A stretch of 64,000 nucleotides of DNA from Callorhinchus milii (taxonomy: Eukaryota): NCBI RefSeq assembly GCF_018977255.1, contig NW_024704742.1, forward strand, positions 39,558,001 to 39,622,000. Reading direction: 5' to 3'. The notes beneath the pieces were generated by a model. The model was not told the DNA's origin. It was given only the letters and a program-made list of their open reading frames with translations, and searched no databases. How positions within the stretch are numbered: the stretch's first letter is position 1; every line of letters starts with the position of its first letter. A program made the translations under genes and the position numbers. Below are positions 1 to 12,634 of this stretch, piece after piece.

Positions 1-800
1 TCCTCTTGCAGTCTGTTACTATCCTCCTCACTGTTTACCAGATTTCCTAGCTTAGTATCATCTGCAAACTTGGAAATTGTACTCCCTATATCCAAGTCCA
101 GATAATTTATATAGATCAAAAACTGAAGTGTCCCTATACCGACCCCTGAAGAATGCCACTGCACACTTCCCTCCAGTCAGAAAAATAACCGTTCACCATC
201 ACTCTTTGCTTTCTGTCTCCCAGCCAGTTCTGTATCCATGCTGCCACTATCCCTTGACTACCATGGTCTTTTATTTTGCTTACAAGTCTCTTATGTGGCA
301 CTCAGTGGTTAGAGCACTCGCTTTGCAAGTGAGAGACCTGAGTTCAATTCCAGAGAGGGCGAAACCTTGGGCAAGTTTCCTTACTCCACACGCCTAATAA
401 TAATTCCTCCAAGACAAAACAATAATAAATTGGTCATTTTCAATCTACGACTGTTTGTGGGACATTGCTGTGCGCAATTGGCTGCCACATTCGCCCACAA
501 ATATACAGTCAATTCACTTTACAGTGTGTTCTGTGAAACGCTTTGGGACGTCCTCCCGACGTGAAAAGCGCTATATCAAATGCAAGGATTATTATTATTA
601 TTATTTATCAAACACCTTTTGAAAATCCATATAAACTACATCGACTGCTCTACCTTCATCCACTCTTTCCATTACTTCATCAAAAAACTATCAGGTTTGT
701 TAGACATGATTTGTCTTTAACAAATCGGTGTTGGCTGTTCTTTATTAACCCATATTTTTCTAAGTGAAAATTTATTTTTGTCCCAGATTATAGTCTCCAG
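1..800 (-). mobile_element. CR1 LINE ORF2 (reverse transcriptase) fragment, split by a SINE at ~301-605
   Basis: The minus strand gives ISKFADDTKL (~45-80) and FVKDKSCLTNL...ERVDEGRAVDVVYMDFQKVFDK (~604-730). The FDK|VPHKR codons are separated exactly by the SINE. Confidence 0.9.
301..605 (+). mobile_element. tRNA-derived SINE (short variant) with L2-like 3' end and (ATT)n tail
   Basis: ctcagtggttagagc (A box) and gagttcaattcc (B box), body gggcaagtttccttactccacacg...ctgtgcgcaattggctgcc, tail gcgctatatcaaatgcaaggattattatt. Recurs many times in the window. Confidence 0.9.
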
Positions 801-1719
801 AAGGCTATAGTACCCAATGGGGTACAAATATTTACAATCTGACTTCTTTAAAATGTCATCACAATCCTTTGTGCATTGATCGACAAAGTACCACTTCATC
901 TTTTCCAGGTTTGAGCTCTTCTCTTGACTACAAAGGAGTTTCAGCCAGGCCTGGGGAAAGTATCTGTTGTCGCAGAAGGCTTCCAATAACAAAATTTGTC
1001 ATCATAAGGCTTGACAGCATTTTAATCTGCAGATTCCCGAAATCTTGACTTAACCCGAACAGGTTTTGGAAAACTATTTATCAGGATCAGACTGGATCAG
1101 AGACAGGATCACAAACAAAGCACTTGTAGAAGTCCCAGAGGATCATTGAGGATCATCCAACATAGCTATCAGTAGTTCCCAACTTTATTCTTATATTTGT
1201 GATATGCACAGGTTTGGAAGGTTGATGGCATTACCTCAGTAATACTTTTGATGCTGGCTTTTCCAGTGCTTCTGTGTGACAATTCAGTAATACACTGTGT
1301 CAATAATTAACATTTCTAACAACTGACAAATGTACAACATTTCTCTACAGTTTAAACATTTCAACAAAATATAAAGTGAAAAGTCAACATTTCATTACAG
1401 ATTCATACTTGATTCTGCGGATTACAAAATGTGACCTTTTTCATCCTAAATAATTAAATAATAAATGTTAAGATTATAAAGATGTTTTCATTTGAAATTG
1501 TTAATTAGTGGTCACTGTCTATGTTATACAGTCCTTTATAGATTTATTGCAATTCTGAATTGTTTTAAAAGATAAAACCAGGGCACACTTGAAATCTTGA
1601 GAGTTTGTTTATCCTATGCATTAATGTAACTCATTGAAGGTCATGGTCATAGTGCTTATCTTATACTAGTGGCCCCTGGTTACAGACTTCCTAACCAGTG
1701 GGAACAACCTAATGCTAAT

Positions 1720-1778
1720 CTTAATAGTAATAATAATAATAATAGTAATAATAACAACAATAATAACAATAATAATAT
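1720..1778. repeat. (AAT/AAC)n microsatellite
   Basis: aatagtaataataataatagtaataataacaacaataataacaataataat. Confidence 0.9.
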
Positions 1779-1999
1779 CGAACCCTTTTATAATTCTTCC
1801 TTGTATTACCTTCCTTTCCTAAAGTTAGTGACCCACGCTGGCACTGTTAAACCTTCAACCCTTCTTCCTTGGAGAGGTCAGTTACATCATATCATATGGG
1901 TAGAGATCAGGAAAAATAAACTTTATTGGCATTTCTATTCCTTAGCTCTGCAACACCAAAGTCTGATTCTCATCTGATTTGCCATTTACATGCTACATC

Positions 2000-2099
2000 A
2001 CCCTGACCATTTCCCCCTGCTCGGGTCCCGACCCAATTGGGACGTCCTCCCGACGTGAAAGGCGCTCTATAAATGAAATCTTGTTGTTGTTGTTGTTGT
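2000..2099 (+). mobile_element. L2 LINE 3' end fragment
   Basis: gggacgtcctcccgacgtgaaaggcgctctataaatg followed by (TTG)n, the same terminus as the longer L2 copies. Confidence 0.85.
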
Positions 2100-3344
2100 G
2101 GTGATGTGTCTGGGTCTCCTCAACAGCAAAAATAGGATCCAGAATTTATAATAATAATAATCTTTGCATTTGATATATCACGTTGTTGAGACATCTCAAA
2201 GTGCTTCACAGAATATACTGTAAAGTTAATTGACTATGTATTTTCTGAGGAAAATTTTGCTAAGATGGCAGTGGAGTTAATGACAGAATTTCAAGAGTTA
2301 AACAGCGTGTTCCTTGTTTGATAATGTAGAAAATTGTAGTGGTCATTTTTGGCTAGAAAAAAACATTTGGAAGCACAGTTAAAACCTTAATGGTTTGACT
2401 ATTTGTTTATGGCCCAGTGTAATTTCACTCTGTGAATTCCATCAGTTTTATCTGCACTGAGACAAACGTTTTACGCTTGTTACATTTAGTGCTAACATTC
2501 CTCAAGCTCACCTTAGAAGGACCAGACATATTAGATCCTATATTGTGGAGCATGTTCCTTTTAGTGCAGAACTTCATTTTGGGTATACCCATAAATTTAT
2601 GCCTCTTCGAAGCCAAGTTACCAGGTGCATATGTAGGTACTTGTTGCAACGATACATCCCACTATATAGCAGTGTATCCTTTGACAAATCCTTTGACAAT
2701 AACCACAACAACTTGAATTTATTTAGCGCCCCTTAAGCAGAGTAGCGTCCCAGAGTGCTTTGACATGGAAATAGTAGTGTATAGATGAGGGAAATAAGAG
2801 GGGGCTCATGTGGAATGTAAACAATGGCTCAGAAGGCCTGTTTTCATGCTGTATCATACTATGTAACTCTGTAATGACATTTCCCTGTAAAAGTTTGGAA
2901 ATTCAGCCTCAAACATGATGAAGAAGCTATGAAACTTGCAGCACTGACAATGTTATAGCTTTAAAAAAAAGCACATTGAGAAGGCAAGTGAGGATAAATG
3001 AAATGTGCACTGGGTAATTGCTGAAAATGAAAAAAAAGACATTTTGAAGAAAGTTGCCATTTGGAAAAACGGCTTCTCCAAACAATGGAGGAAGCAGATA
3101 CCCCTCAGCTTCCATTTGTGGAAATGTTAAGATGCTCCTGTTGAAAATATCACTTTTCCCCTTGGATATCAACTTCCAAAGAAGTCACTTTTCCTCCAGG
3201 ATGCCACTTTGCTTTGGGCAACTCATGAGCAAGACAACCTTTGGGAAACTTGGAATAACTACGCAACTTTGGATCTAATGTTCTCAGAGCTTTCTATTGT
3301 GTTAGTTGATTAATCCATACAGAATTAATCGCTATCTCCAATAT

Positions 3345-3430
3345 TGTAGCATGTGATTACCAGGATGGTAGAAGGCGGACTAGATGGATCTTGATTTTTT
3401 TTGTCAAGCAATTCCTACGTTCCCTTGTTA
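3345..3430 (+). mobile_element. CR1 3' UTR remnant
   Basis: ccaggatggtagaaggcggactagatggatcttg is the inverse homolog of the CR1 terminus at 32280-32340. Confidence 0.6.
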
Positions 3431-3659
3431 CTATGAGGCAGAGAGTTATGTTCCACTCTAGCACCCCATCACTTACTGCATCAAGAGGTTAAACTTTTGT
3501 GTATGCTCTCCTTCAACAGGAGCATTCATCTGTCCTTTTTCTGTTCTGAATTACTTTTTTCAACATCAACGCCCCATTTATTTAGTTATTTTCTTCTACT
3601 GAATAGTTGTATCCAGTGTAAAGATGCATCAGTCAAGGGAAGAAGTTTCTCTGCTGCCA

Positions 3660-3990
3660 AAGCTAGCCTGGATCAATATATAATACTCAGACTTCTGGGT
3701 CAGATGGTGCAGGTTCAAGCCCCGCATTGAAACTTGAGCTCATACTTCAAGCTGATGTTCCAGTGCTGTTATGGAGGAGCGCTGCATCGTTGGAGGTGTC
3801 CATTTCAATAACTGAGGTTATTTCTGTCTGTTCAGATGGATGTTAAAGATCCCACGGCACTGTTTCAAAGAGAAGGGAATGGTTTCTGGTCTCCTGGCTA
3901 AGAATACTCGAGATAGGTTAGTCATTTACTTCAGATGTCTGTGGGATGTTGCTTTGTGCAAAGTGGCTGCTTTATTTGCCTGCAAATATT
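3660..3990 (+). mobile_element. Old Deu-domain SINE (SacSINE1/AmnSINE-like)
   Basis: Head gtcagatggtgcaggttcaagcccc, central ggatgttaaagatcccacggcactgtttcaaaga, 3' ctgtgggatgttgctttgtgcaaagtggctgc. Confidence 0.75.
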
Positions 3991-4075
3991 CAAGAATTGA
4001 GAATAAAGAAATAAGCATTGGCATATATCACTAGAGCAGTGTGTTGTAAAGCTATTTCATGGTGACTCAATCCAT

Positions 4076-4544
4076 GACTGTTTGTGTTACACTGCTGTGC
4101 GCAATTGGCTGTCATGTTTCGCCCACAAAATAAAGTCAATCCACTTTACAATATATTCTGTGAAGCTAATTGAGACATCTCAATGACATGATAAGGCAAC
4201 TATATCAAATGCAAGGATTATTATTATTATTATTTATCAAACACCTTTTGAAAATCCATATAAACTACATCGACTGCTCTACCTTCATCCACTCTTTCCA
4301 TTACTTCATCAAAAAACTATCAGGTTTGTTAGACATGATTTGTCTTTAACAAATCGGTGTTGGCTGTTCTTTATTAACCCATATTTTTCTAAGTGAAAAT
4401 TTATTTTTGTCCCAGATTATAGTCTCCAGAAGGCTATAGTACCCAATGGGGTACAAATATTTACAATCTGACTTCTTTAAAATGTCATCACAATCCCTTG
4501 TGCATTGATCGACAAAGTACTATTATTATTATTATTATTATTAC

Positions 4545-4579
<35 letters not shown>
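4076..4579 (+). mobile_element. SINE 3' half whose (ATT)n tail is interrupted by a copy of 606-891
   Basis: SINE body 4076-4216, (ATT)6, then sequence matching 606-891, then (TAT)n resumes at 4521-4579. Confidence 0.85.
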
Positions 4580-4581
<2 letters not shown>

Positions 4582-6500
4582 CTCCACTTTACCCCCTCCT
4601 GCTCCACCTCCTCAGACTTCTCCTCTCTCCTCTCCTCTCTCAACCTCTCCCTCCACATCCACTCTGCTACCCACACTCACGGTCACCCACTCGACCTGGT
4701 GACCGCCCGGGGCCTCAGTGTCTCGGATGTCACATTCACTGACAAGGCCATCTCTGATTACCATTTCATCTCCCTCAACTCCCATATCCCTCTCCCCACG
4801 GCCTCCAAACCTAACACCATCTTCTACCGCCCATGGAAGAAGATCTCCCCGCAATCTCTCTTCGCTGCCCTGGAGTCCTCTGAACTCTGAACTCCTCCCC
4901 CTCTGGCCCACCTCTCGCACCAAACCCCCTCGCTGCACTCATTCTTCTCCACTGCACCCTCTCCACCACACTCGATGTCCTTGCCCCTCTCACCTCCCGA
5001 ACTGCCTCCTACTCCCGATCCTCACTCTGGTTCACCAGCCATCTCTGCTCACTTAAGGGCCAGGTACGGGCTGACGAACGCACTGGCTCAAATCCAGCCT
5101 AACAGTCTACCGCCACATCTGGCTGGATCTCATCAAGACCTACTGCTCCGCTCTCACCATAGCCAAATCATCCTTCTATTCCAGGTTAATCCTGGAGGCA
5201 AAGGGCAATCCCCTGGCTCCTGTTCTCCACCACCAACCGGCTCCTCCACCCTCCCCGACATGCCTCACAGATACTTTCCTCTGACTCTCACTGTGAGAAA
5301 ATGCTGGACTTCCTTGAGTCCAAAATCGAGGGAATCTGCTCAGCTGTCACTGCCTCCAACTCCTCTCTACCCCCACCCCACATAATTACCCATCTGACAA
5401 TTACCCACCCCTCTCCTTAGGCTTAGGGTTAGGGTTAACCCAGCTCCACTACCTTGCCCCATTACTCGCTGACATCATTAACCTCTCCCTGTTATCTGGC
5501 ACTGTTCCTTCCCCACTCAAAACAACCACTATCACCCCCACCTTGAAGAAACCTTCCCTTGACCCATCACAGCTATCCAGCTACTGGCCCATCTCAAATC
5601 TCCCCTTACTATCCAAGGTCCTTGAGAGAGTAGTTGCCTCCCAGCTTCGCTCTTTCCTCTCCTCTCACTCCCACCATGAACCCCTCCAATCGGGTTTCTG
5701 GACTGCCCACAGCATGGAAACTGCTGCACACTCAATCTCACTAAGCCAGTCAGGAACCTGAGTGTCTTGTTTGACCCTGAACTGTCCTTTCTCCCCCACA
5801 TCCATGCCATGACCGGCTCTGCCTACCACCACCTCCGCAATATTGCCAGACTCTGCCACTGCCTCACCCCTCAGGCTGCTAAAACCCTCACCCATGTATT
5901 TGTCACATCAAGGCTCGATTACAGGAACTTCCTCCTCATCAGCCTTCCCAACTCTTCCCTTCACAAGCTGCAGAACATCCAAAACTTGTGTACTCTCACG
6001 CACCAAGCTCCGTGACCCCATCACTTCCACCCTCGCTTGATTCCACTGGCTCTCCATCCCCCAGAGGATCGAGTTCAAGATCCTCATCCTCACCTTTAAG
6101 GCCATCCATGGCCTTGCCCCCTCCTACCTCTCTGACCTGCTGACTCCCTACCAACCTGCCCGCTCCCTCCATTCAGCGGGCTCCAGCCTGTTCCATGTCT
6201 CCCGCCCGACCTGCTCTACCATCGTTGGCTGGACTTTCAGCTTCTCTGCTCCCACACTCTGGAAATCCAACCCACAGTCCCTTCGCCTCGCTCCTCCCTT
6301 GCCTCCTTCAAGGTCATTTTCAAGACCCTTCTCTTCGACCGTGCCTTTGGTCTCTCTCCCACCTCTCTGCCTTCCCTCACCCCTACACCACCCCTCCCCC
6401 ATGCTCGGGCCCCGACACCTGACTGTTCAGCGCTTTGGGACATCCTCCCGATGTGAAAGGCGCTCTATAAATGTAAGTTTGTTGTTGTTGTTGTATTTGT
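4580..6500 (+). mobile_element. L2 LINE ORF2 remnant (endonuclease end, internally deleted RT, 3' end)
   Basis: THTHGHPLDLV...SDYHFI (APE endonuclease end), KKPSLDP..LSSYWPISNLPLLSKVLERVV, FDPELSF.PHI...HVFVTSRLDY, (GTT)n tail. Frameshifted, and the YADD core is missing. Confidence 0.95.
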
Positions 6501-7349
6501 TGTAGGTGGTCTGTGATAACCACATGTTGCTGAATATCAGAGATCTCTTTAGACTGACAGGCTCATTTAATAATGCTTTACACATATTTTAAGCAGAAAC
6601 TGAGCTGCCTTTTCATACGAGAAAATGGTTGAGGAACACCAATTTGGAAGAACCAAGAGAACCATGATTTCAAGTGGGCCACAATGCCTCTGGAGACAAC
6701 AGCAGCCCCTCATTCACCTCACAGTACCGCTGACAAAAGCAGACCTGTGATTGGCAGTGCCGCAAATAAATGAGGATTAGAATAAGAGTGAATTAGAGGC
6801 TATACGCAGCACTTAGCATAATGACCTAAATACGCTTTTTTTTAAAGCTGACGTTACAGAACTGTGAAAATCTTCTCAAAAATATATTAACCCCCGCACA
6901 GTAGGGAGTCCAGTTGTAGGAGTCTGTTTGCTTTGATTGCTTCGATTCTTCCAGCAGATGCTGGTTGGAACACTGCCCCCAACATTCCCAGAAAGTCTAG
7001 TTCTGGTCCATGATGACAGTTGCCATAGAGATACGGGGCAGAGAATCAGGGATTGCTAACAATCCATGTAAATTCTAGCACTACCCCGGCCAGCTCTTTC
7101 ACTGGTTTCTTTTCTGTTTTTGTCGGCAAAGCGGAAAGCAAGAAGCACAGTTGTAGCCTTTGCTACCAGCCAATGTTGAGAAATTAATGCGCAGAAAGGA
7201 TGACCCATTTAAGCCACAGAACGTTGTGCTTACTTTACAGAGTGAAATATGGCAAAATGCAATATATACTTTTAACCAAAATTAGTTGCTCTCAGTCATA
7301 ATCATTCATATCAAGTAAGCAGGTCTGAAGCAGTTGAGCAAGTAAACAT

Positions 7350-7553
7350 CTTGGAGTTTCTCCTGGTATCCTGGCCAACAATCCTCCAGATAAATTGGGT
7401 CAATCATTTCATGGCTGTTTGTGGGACATTGCTTCGCTTGAATTGGCTGCCTTTTTCCCCCACATGATACACAATATATACGCTTTACATTAAATCCTGT
7501 GATGTATTGATAATATAATAAGGCACTATATCAAATATAAGGATCATTATTAT
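7350..7553 (+). mobile_element. Degenerate Deu-type SINE 3' part
   Basis: ggagtttctcctggtatcctggccaaca...gctgtttgtgggacattgct...ggcactatatcaaatataaggatcattatt. Confidence 0.65.
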
Positions 7554-9391
7554 CTTGTTCCTTGTCACAGAATTTGATAATTTATACCCAATGCTTCAGT
7601 GATTAGAGTTGGGGCTTTTTAAGGCAGGAGGACAAAACCAGTATCCCGTTTATATTCACACATTTAAAATACGCACCTCTTGAAATAAATGTAAACTATT
7701 TAATGGACGCAAGCATACATTTTGACAACACCCCAAGTCTTAAATTTAATCTGAGTCATAATACATAAAATGCTGGCACTTACGGTTTGAGCCGGGAACG
7801 AGCTGACCCACTTGTTGTTACAAGGCCTTCCAAGGTGCAACTCTCCTGCCTGCTCAAACACCTAGTGTTTTATCCCCTTATGTGTATACTTTCACACTCA
7901 CTAAATACATATTCTTACAGACAATGAGTTTTCATGTAAATCAGGCTGCTTTCAGACACAACAACATCCCTTAACTGAGACAGTGAGACAGTTCCTGCTA
8001 CCTGTGGGGTGCAAATGACTGAAACAATACCACGCAAAAAGAAAAGCAACATTCTAACAAGCATTAAGTCTCCATTCAAATGAGTATTCAATTGAGTTTG
8101 CAGGTTCCTTGGTTATGATGTCATCACCGCCACATCCTGATCCTATAATAATAATAATCCTTGGATTTGATATAGTGCTATTCATATGGGGAGGATGTCT
8201 GAAAGTGTTTCACAGGATTTACTGTAAGCTCTACTTTGTACCTTGTAGACAAAAGCAGCCGGCAATTGCTTTGCTTTCTCTTGGCCTGTCTGCTTCTCTC
8301 TCTCTCTTTCTGTCTTCTTCCCTGGTAGCACATTGTGCACTAATTGAATGTGGCAGAGTAGGCTTTAGGCTTTGGCCTGAGGCCTGGCCTGATGCTGATT
8401 GCCCTGAAAATGTGTATTGATATTGTGTAAAGCATGTCTAAATTTATTTCACAAGTAATTTGCCTGCAGAGTGGCATGTGGTGGTATGAAATGTGAACTG
8501 TCTGCCAGTCAGTTTGGTATTGTTTAACAAAGCAACTAAACTGCTTTGGTTTCTGTTTGTACCACTGTACGTTACATATTGCATCTCAACTCTGATTATG
8601 CAGAGCTTAAAAACTATGTCATATTTATATAACAGTGCTGCAATATAAACAAGGTGATGATTTAGCCTCCAGAGACATCCCACCGTCATTGCATCTCCAG
8701 GGGCAACAGAGCCTTGGGCTACAAGCTAATCGTCTCTGCCACTCTCACTCAGTCTATCGTGATGACCGATAAAAATAGCAATCTTTTCACTAATGGGATT
8801 TCCCTATTTAAAAATTCAACAAAATGATCACTATTTTTTGTGTTCTGTGTTTAATAGGCTCTGCTAGCAACTGTGTTCTTCTAAGCAGGAGACGACTGAC
8901 AACTCAGTCTATCTGACAAGCTGACAACCTGGTGTTTGCACTGCCTGCCTCTAGAAACCTTCCCCTTATCACCCAGAAAAAAACGTCACAGTATTGTACG
9001 AGTTGGAAAGCATTGGGTATGCCTGAATTTAACCACATGCATTTGTTTCAGGGATGCCGAACACTTTGGAACCTAGTCTGCAATGTAAAAAGGGAAGAGG
9101 TTATGACACCAACAGCCTCTGGCTACTTCAGAACTAGTTCCATTTCAACCTCAAGTAGCCTGCAGCCTAAATGCAGCAGGCAAAGGAAACGTGCCCACTA
9201 CCACTGCAGAGGGTGGAGTATTTGGAATGAGTGCTGGTAAAATCAATCTAAGTGGACTATAGATACTGCAGACGTGTTTCCAGAAACAAATCTAAAATCT
9301 TGCCTGAGGATCCTGGTTCTACGGAAACCAATCTGTTCAAATTGTACTTCAGCAGGGCAGGGAAAAAGTCCCAGAATAATGTGCTGTAGTT

Positions 9392-9640
9392 TCGAAGATC
9401 ACAAGAGTAGTAGATGAAGATGCCTCTTTGGTCAGTTCAATCCCATCCTTCTGAACCACCCACCCAATTATCGCCCCTATCACAGCATCGAGTGTCCTGG
9501 CCTCAACCACCCTTCTTGGCAAAACTGTTCCAGTTGTTGATCATCCTCTGTGTAAAGAAAAACTTTATCCATCTTGAAATTGCCTTATACAATTCCAATC
9601 CATGTACTTTTGTTCTAACAGTTGATGGATCCAAAAGTAT
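9392..9640 (-). mobile_element. CR1 3' end fragment
   Basis: Inverse homolog of the CR1 terminus at 35900-36140 (gatgaagatgcc...tcccatccttctgaaccaccc). Confidence 0.65.
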
Positions 9641-11075
9641 TGTTTTGGGTTTACTTTAAAGTCATGATTTGTCTCTTGTTTGTAATCCCCAGAACTTTCC
9701 CAATGGCTGATGGTGATCCATACTGGCCAGTGAGGGCAAACTGCTTTGCTGGCATGTATGACTGGTGTAGATCATTCAGCCCTCTAGCAGGCAGAAATAA
9801 TGCCTACCTCTGCCGCTGCACTAAACTGGCACTACTGTAAATTCCTGATATTTCATCACTCCAATGGAAAAGTGTTTAGTGACTTGGGGTGACTATGTAG
9901 GCATGAGTCCTCCAGGGTCACCAGGGGACATTGTAGTTCGGGGGACCAACACAAACGTGCACTGCGCTTGTGCCAAGTGAGCAGCTGTCTGTGTGACAGA
10001 GTAGCCCCGACCCCCACAACTGTCAGTTTATGTGTTAAAACCCATTACAGCATACTACAGTATACTTATTATACTACAGTATAAGTTTACTTAAAGGCAT
10101 ATGTGTCTAAAAAAAGGTTTTGTTCATTTTAACAACCTTAATTGCTCAGACTTCATCAGGCAGAACCTTGCAGAAGGCAAGGTCTAAAATTTGTGCTCAC
10201 ATAGATTTTGCCACAGTGGTTGGTCACAACGGCCTGTCATGTGGCTGGCTGAGGGCGAGAGCAACTTTTTCCCATAGTACCAGGCCAGTCATCATGAGAG
10301 TTCACTGAGTGGCGACGGTGTGCAGTGCGGGTGGCTGAACAGTGCAGGTAAGTTTGCTCCGATGATATATTCGGTATTTCGCTGGAATGTATAGAATGCA
10401 ACTTATAAGTGAGTGATTTAATAAAGGGTGGTGGAGGTCCCTTATTCACATTTTGCTTGGGAAGTCGCCAGGATTTTGACAGCATGATGATATAAGCCAG
10501 GAATGCACTGGGTGTTTTTTTGTGCTTCCACAGTAGTAATACCGTGTTATTTGACTTACTGTGCCATCACTGAACTCAGGGCTGTCAGCATAGAGGTATG
10601 CTAAAGCAAGTGCAGTCTGATGTTAACATTTTAAAATGTAATATAAATCTATTTTACTAATAGAGATCATGACCATACATCTATCATGATTTCATTATTC
10701 CAAAGTGACTATCTGGTGGTTATAATTTAATACATATTCAGTAATCACTTGAGAATTGTTTGAATCTCCAGTGTGGATCAATAACATGTAACTAGTACTG
10801 ACCATCGTCATCCAGTGTGATGTCATTTCAGGAATAAAAAGGATCCATTGCTCAATAAACCACTTCATGAGCTTCAAAATGTTTAATATTATATCTGCAT
10901 TGAAGTGATTTCCAGGTTATGTTAGTTCTTGAGGTTGAGTTGATGTTTATAAATTAGTATCATTACTCTGCCAGTTTATGAAGTCAGCAGAAATCTCTCA
11001 AATCGTTTATTGCCTTGTATGGACTCCTGGCTATTTATTAAGTCTCTGTTACTCCACTTATTGCATTTTAATTAT

Positions 11076-11412
11076 ATAATAATAATAATCCTTGCATTTG
11101 ATATAGCGCCTTATCACGTCATTGAGGCTTCTCAAAGAGCTTCACAGGATACACTGTCAAGCAGTTTGACTGTGTATTTTGTGAGAGAAACTTGGCAGGT
11201 AGTCCTACAAACAGCCATGGAAGGAGTGACCAATTTTATTTGGGGGATTTATTGGCCAGGACACCAGGAAAATCTCCCTTCTCTTTTCAAATAGTGCCAT
11301 GGGATCTTAAACATCTACCTGAACAGGCAGATTTGGTTTAACATCTCATCTGAAGGACGACTCCTCCAACTTTGCAGGACAACCCCAACAATGCATTGGA
11401 GTACCAGCTTAG
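11076..11412 (-). mobile_element. Deu-domain SINE
   Basis: taataatccttgcatttgatatagcgcc tail and agtgccatgggatcttaaacatc central domain on the reverse strand. Confidence 0.75.
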
Positions 11413-11682
11413 AAACGATATTTGAAAAAACATAATACATAGTATATCAAAATACAAAAGTAACAATGTTATTTACAGATACAAATCTTATGCAGAATGA
11501 ATTCAAAATGAATTAGTATGTCTACATGAATGTTCGGCAGAAATAAGGAAAAGAAATGACAGCTCCAAAGTAGGAATACATCCTATATCAATTTGCAGTG
11601 TTGTGAGATGCTATCCTGTGTGAAGAATGGTGTATAAATGCAAGCTATTGTTGCTGTTGCTAAAAATAGTTAGCTTTTCACA

Positions 11683-11900
11683 TAGCAGTACCCCAATATA
11701 CACTCTGGGGTCCCAAAGCCTTGGCTCATGCCGACCTGCACCGAATTCTCTTCAGAGTTAGGTAAACATGGTGCATCCCTCCAGGAAAAGAATACATATT
11801 CCATTCCAAAAACAGGAAGTTCCATGAATAGAACTCTCACTTTGGTTTGGATACTCTTAAATGATGGGTTTCCTCATGAATCAGACACACAGCTGACAAT
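11683..11900 (+). mobile_element. 5'-truncated 3' UTR copy of the unusual LINE at 16707-18240
   Basis: gcagtaccccaa..cactctggg..ccc.aagccttggctc.tgcc.acctgcacc, tttggtttggatact and cagacac.c.gctgac are colinear with the reverse complement of 16718-16952. Confidence 0.8.
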
Positions 11901-12404
11901 AAGTGCTCGATTTAACAGAATGTATAAAAGCCATTTAGCCCCTTAAGCCTATTCGTTTGCCAAATCAATGTGCTACCAATTCCATCATGAAATTTACCCG
12001 ATCCCTGCAACTCCAGCGGCAACTTTGCTGAGTTCCTCCATGGTTCCCAAAGTAAATCAATTTCTGTTTCAGAGCCATATTCAGAAGATCACAAGATTCA
12101 TTTGGATGAAGAAAGCCCTAAAATGAGTCCAGTGTCCCAACCTCAGGTACCGTTCCTGATAATCTGTTCCAGTCATTAATACCCTCTGAGTAAAGATCTG
12201 GCAGGTATGATATAAATGTATTTCTCGGAGGAGAAGCATATCATCAGCTTGCATTACATCCTCAGGCATATTGAGACGCCATTTACCTTTCTGTTTTTTG
12301 TAAACCCCACTCAACATTGCATCTTGTACACTTTTTATCTTACACCTTTACCAGTTGACTTTCTCAGCAATGACATATTCCTGGTTAGAGCAACTCAGGA
12401 TTAA

Positions 12405-12634
12405 CAATAATAATAATCCTTGCAATTTGATACCACACCTTATTACGTTGTCAAGGCACCTCAAAGAGCTTGATAGTGTATACTGTAAAGGACAGCAGTG
12501 TAAGTGTAAAATGTTTTTGTTTCGACCACAAAATATACAGTCAATTCACTTTACAGTATATTCTATGAAGCGCTTCGATATGTCTCAAAGACGTGATAAG
12601 GCGCTATATTAAATGCAAGGATTATTATTATTAT
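12405..12634. mobile_element. Two SINE 3' fragments in opposite orientation
   Basis: aataataatccttgca (minus-strand tail, ~12405) and gcgctatattaaatgcaaggattattatt (plus-strand tail, ~12600-12634). Confidence 0.7.

Noticed and set aside
1669..1977. Asn-rich 102-aa ORF
   Set aside because: (AAT)n microsatellite read-through with a non-ATG start and no other support.
4488..4890. ORFs with poly-Ile stretches resembling transmembrane or signal peptides
   Set aside because: These translate the (TAT)n SINE tail running into an L2 endonuclease remnant.
8858..9236. Two plus-strand exons
   Set aside because: The implied intron is only ~35 bp, the first segment has stops, and no protein is recognisable.
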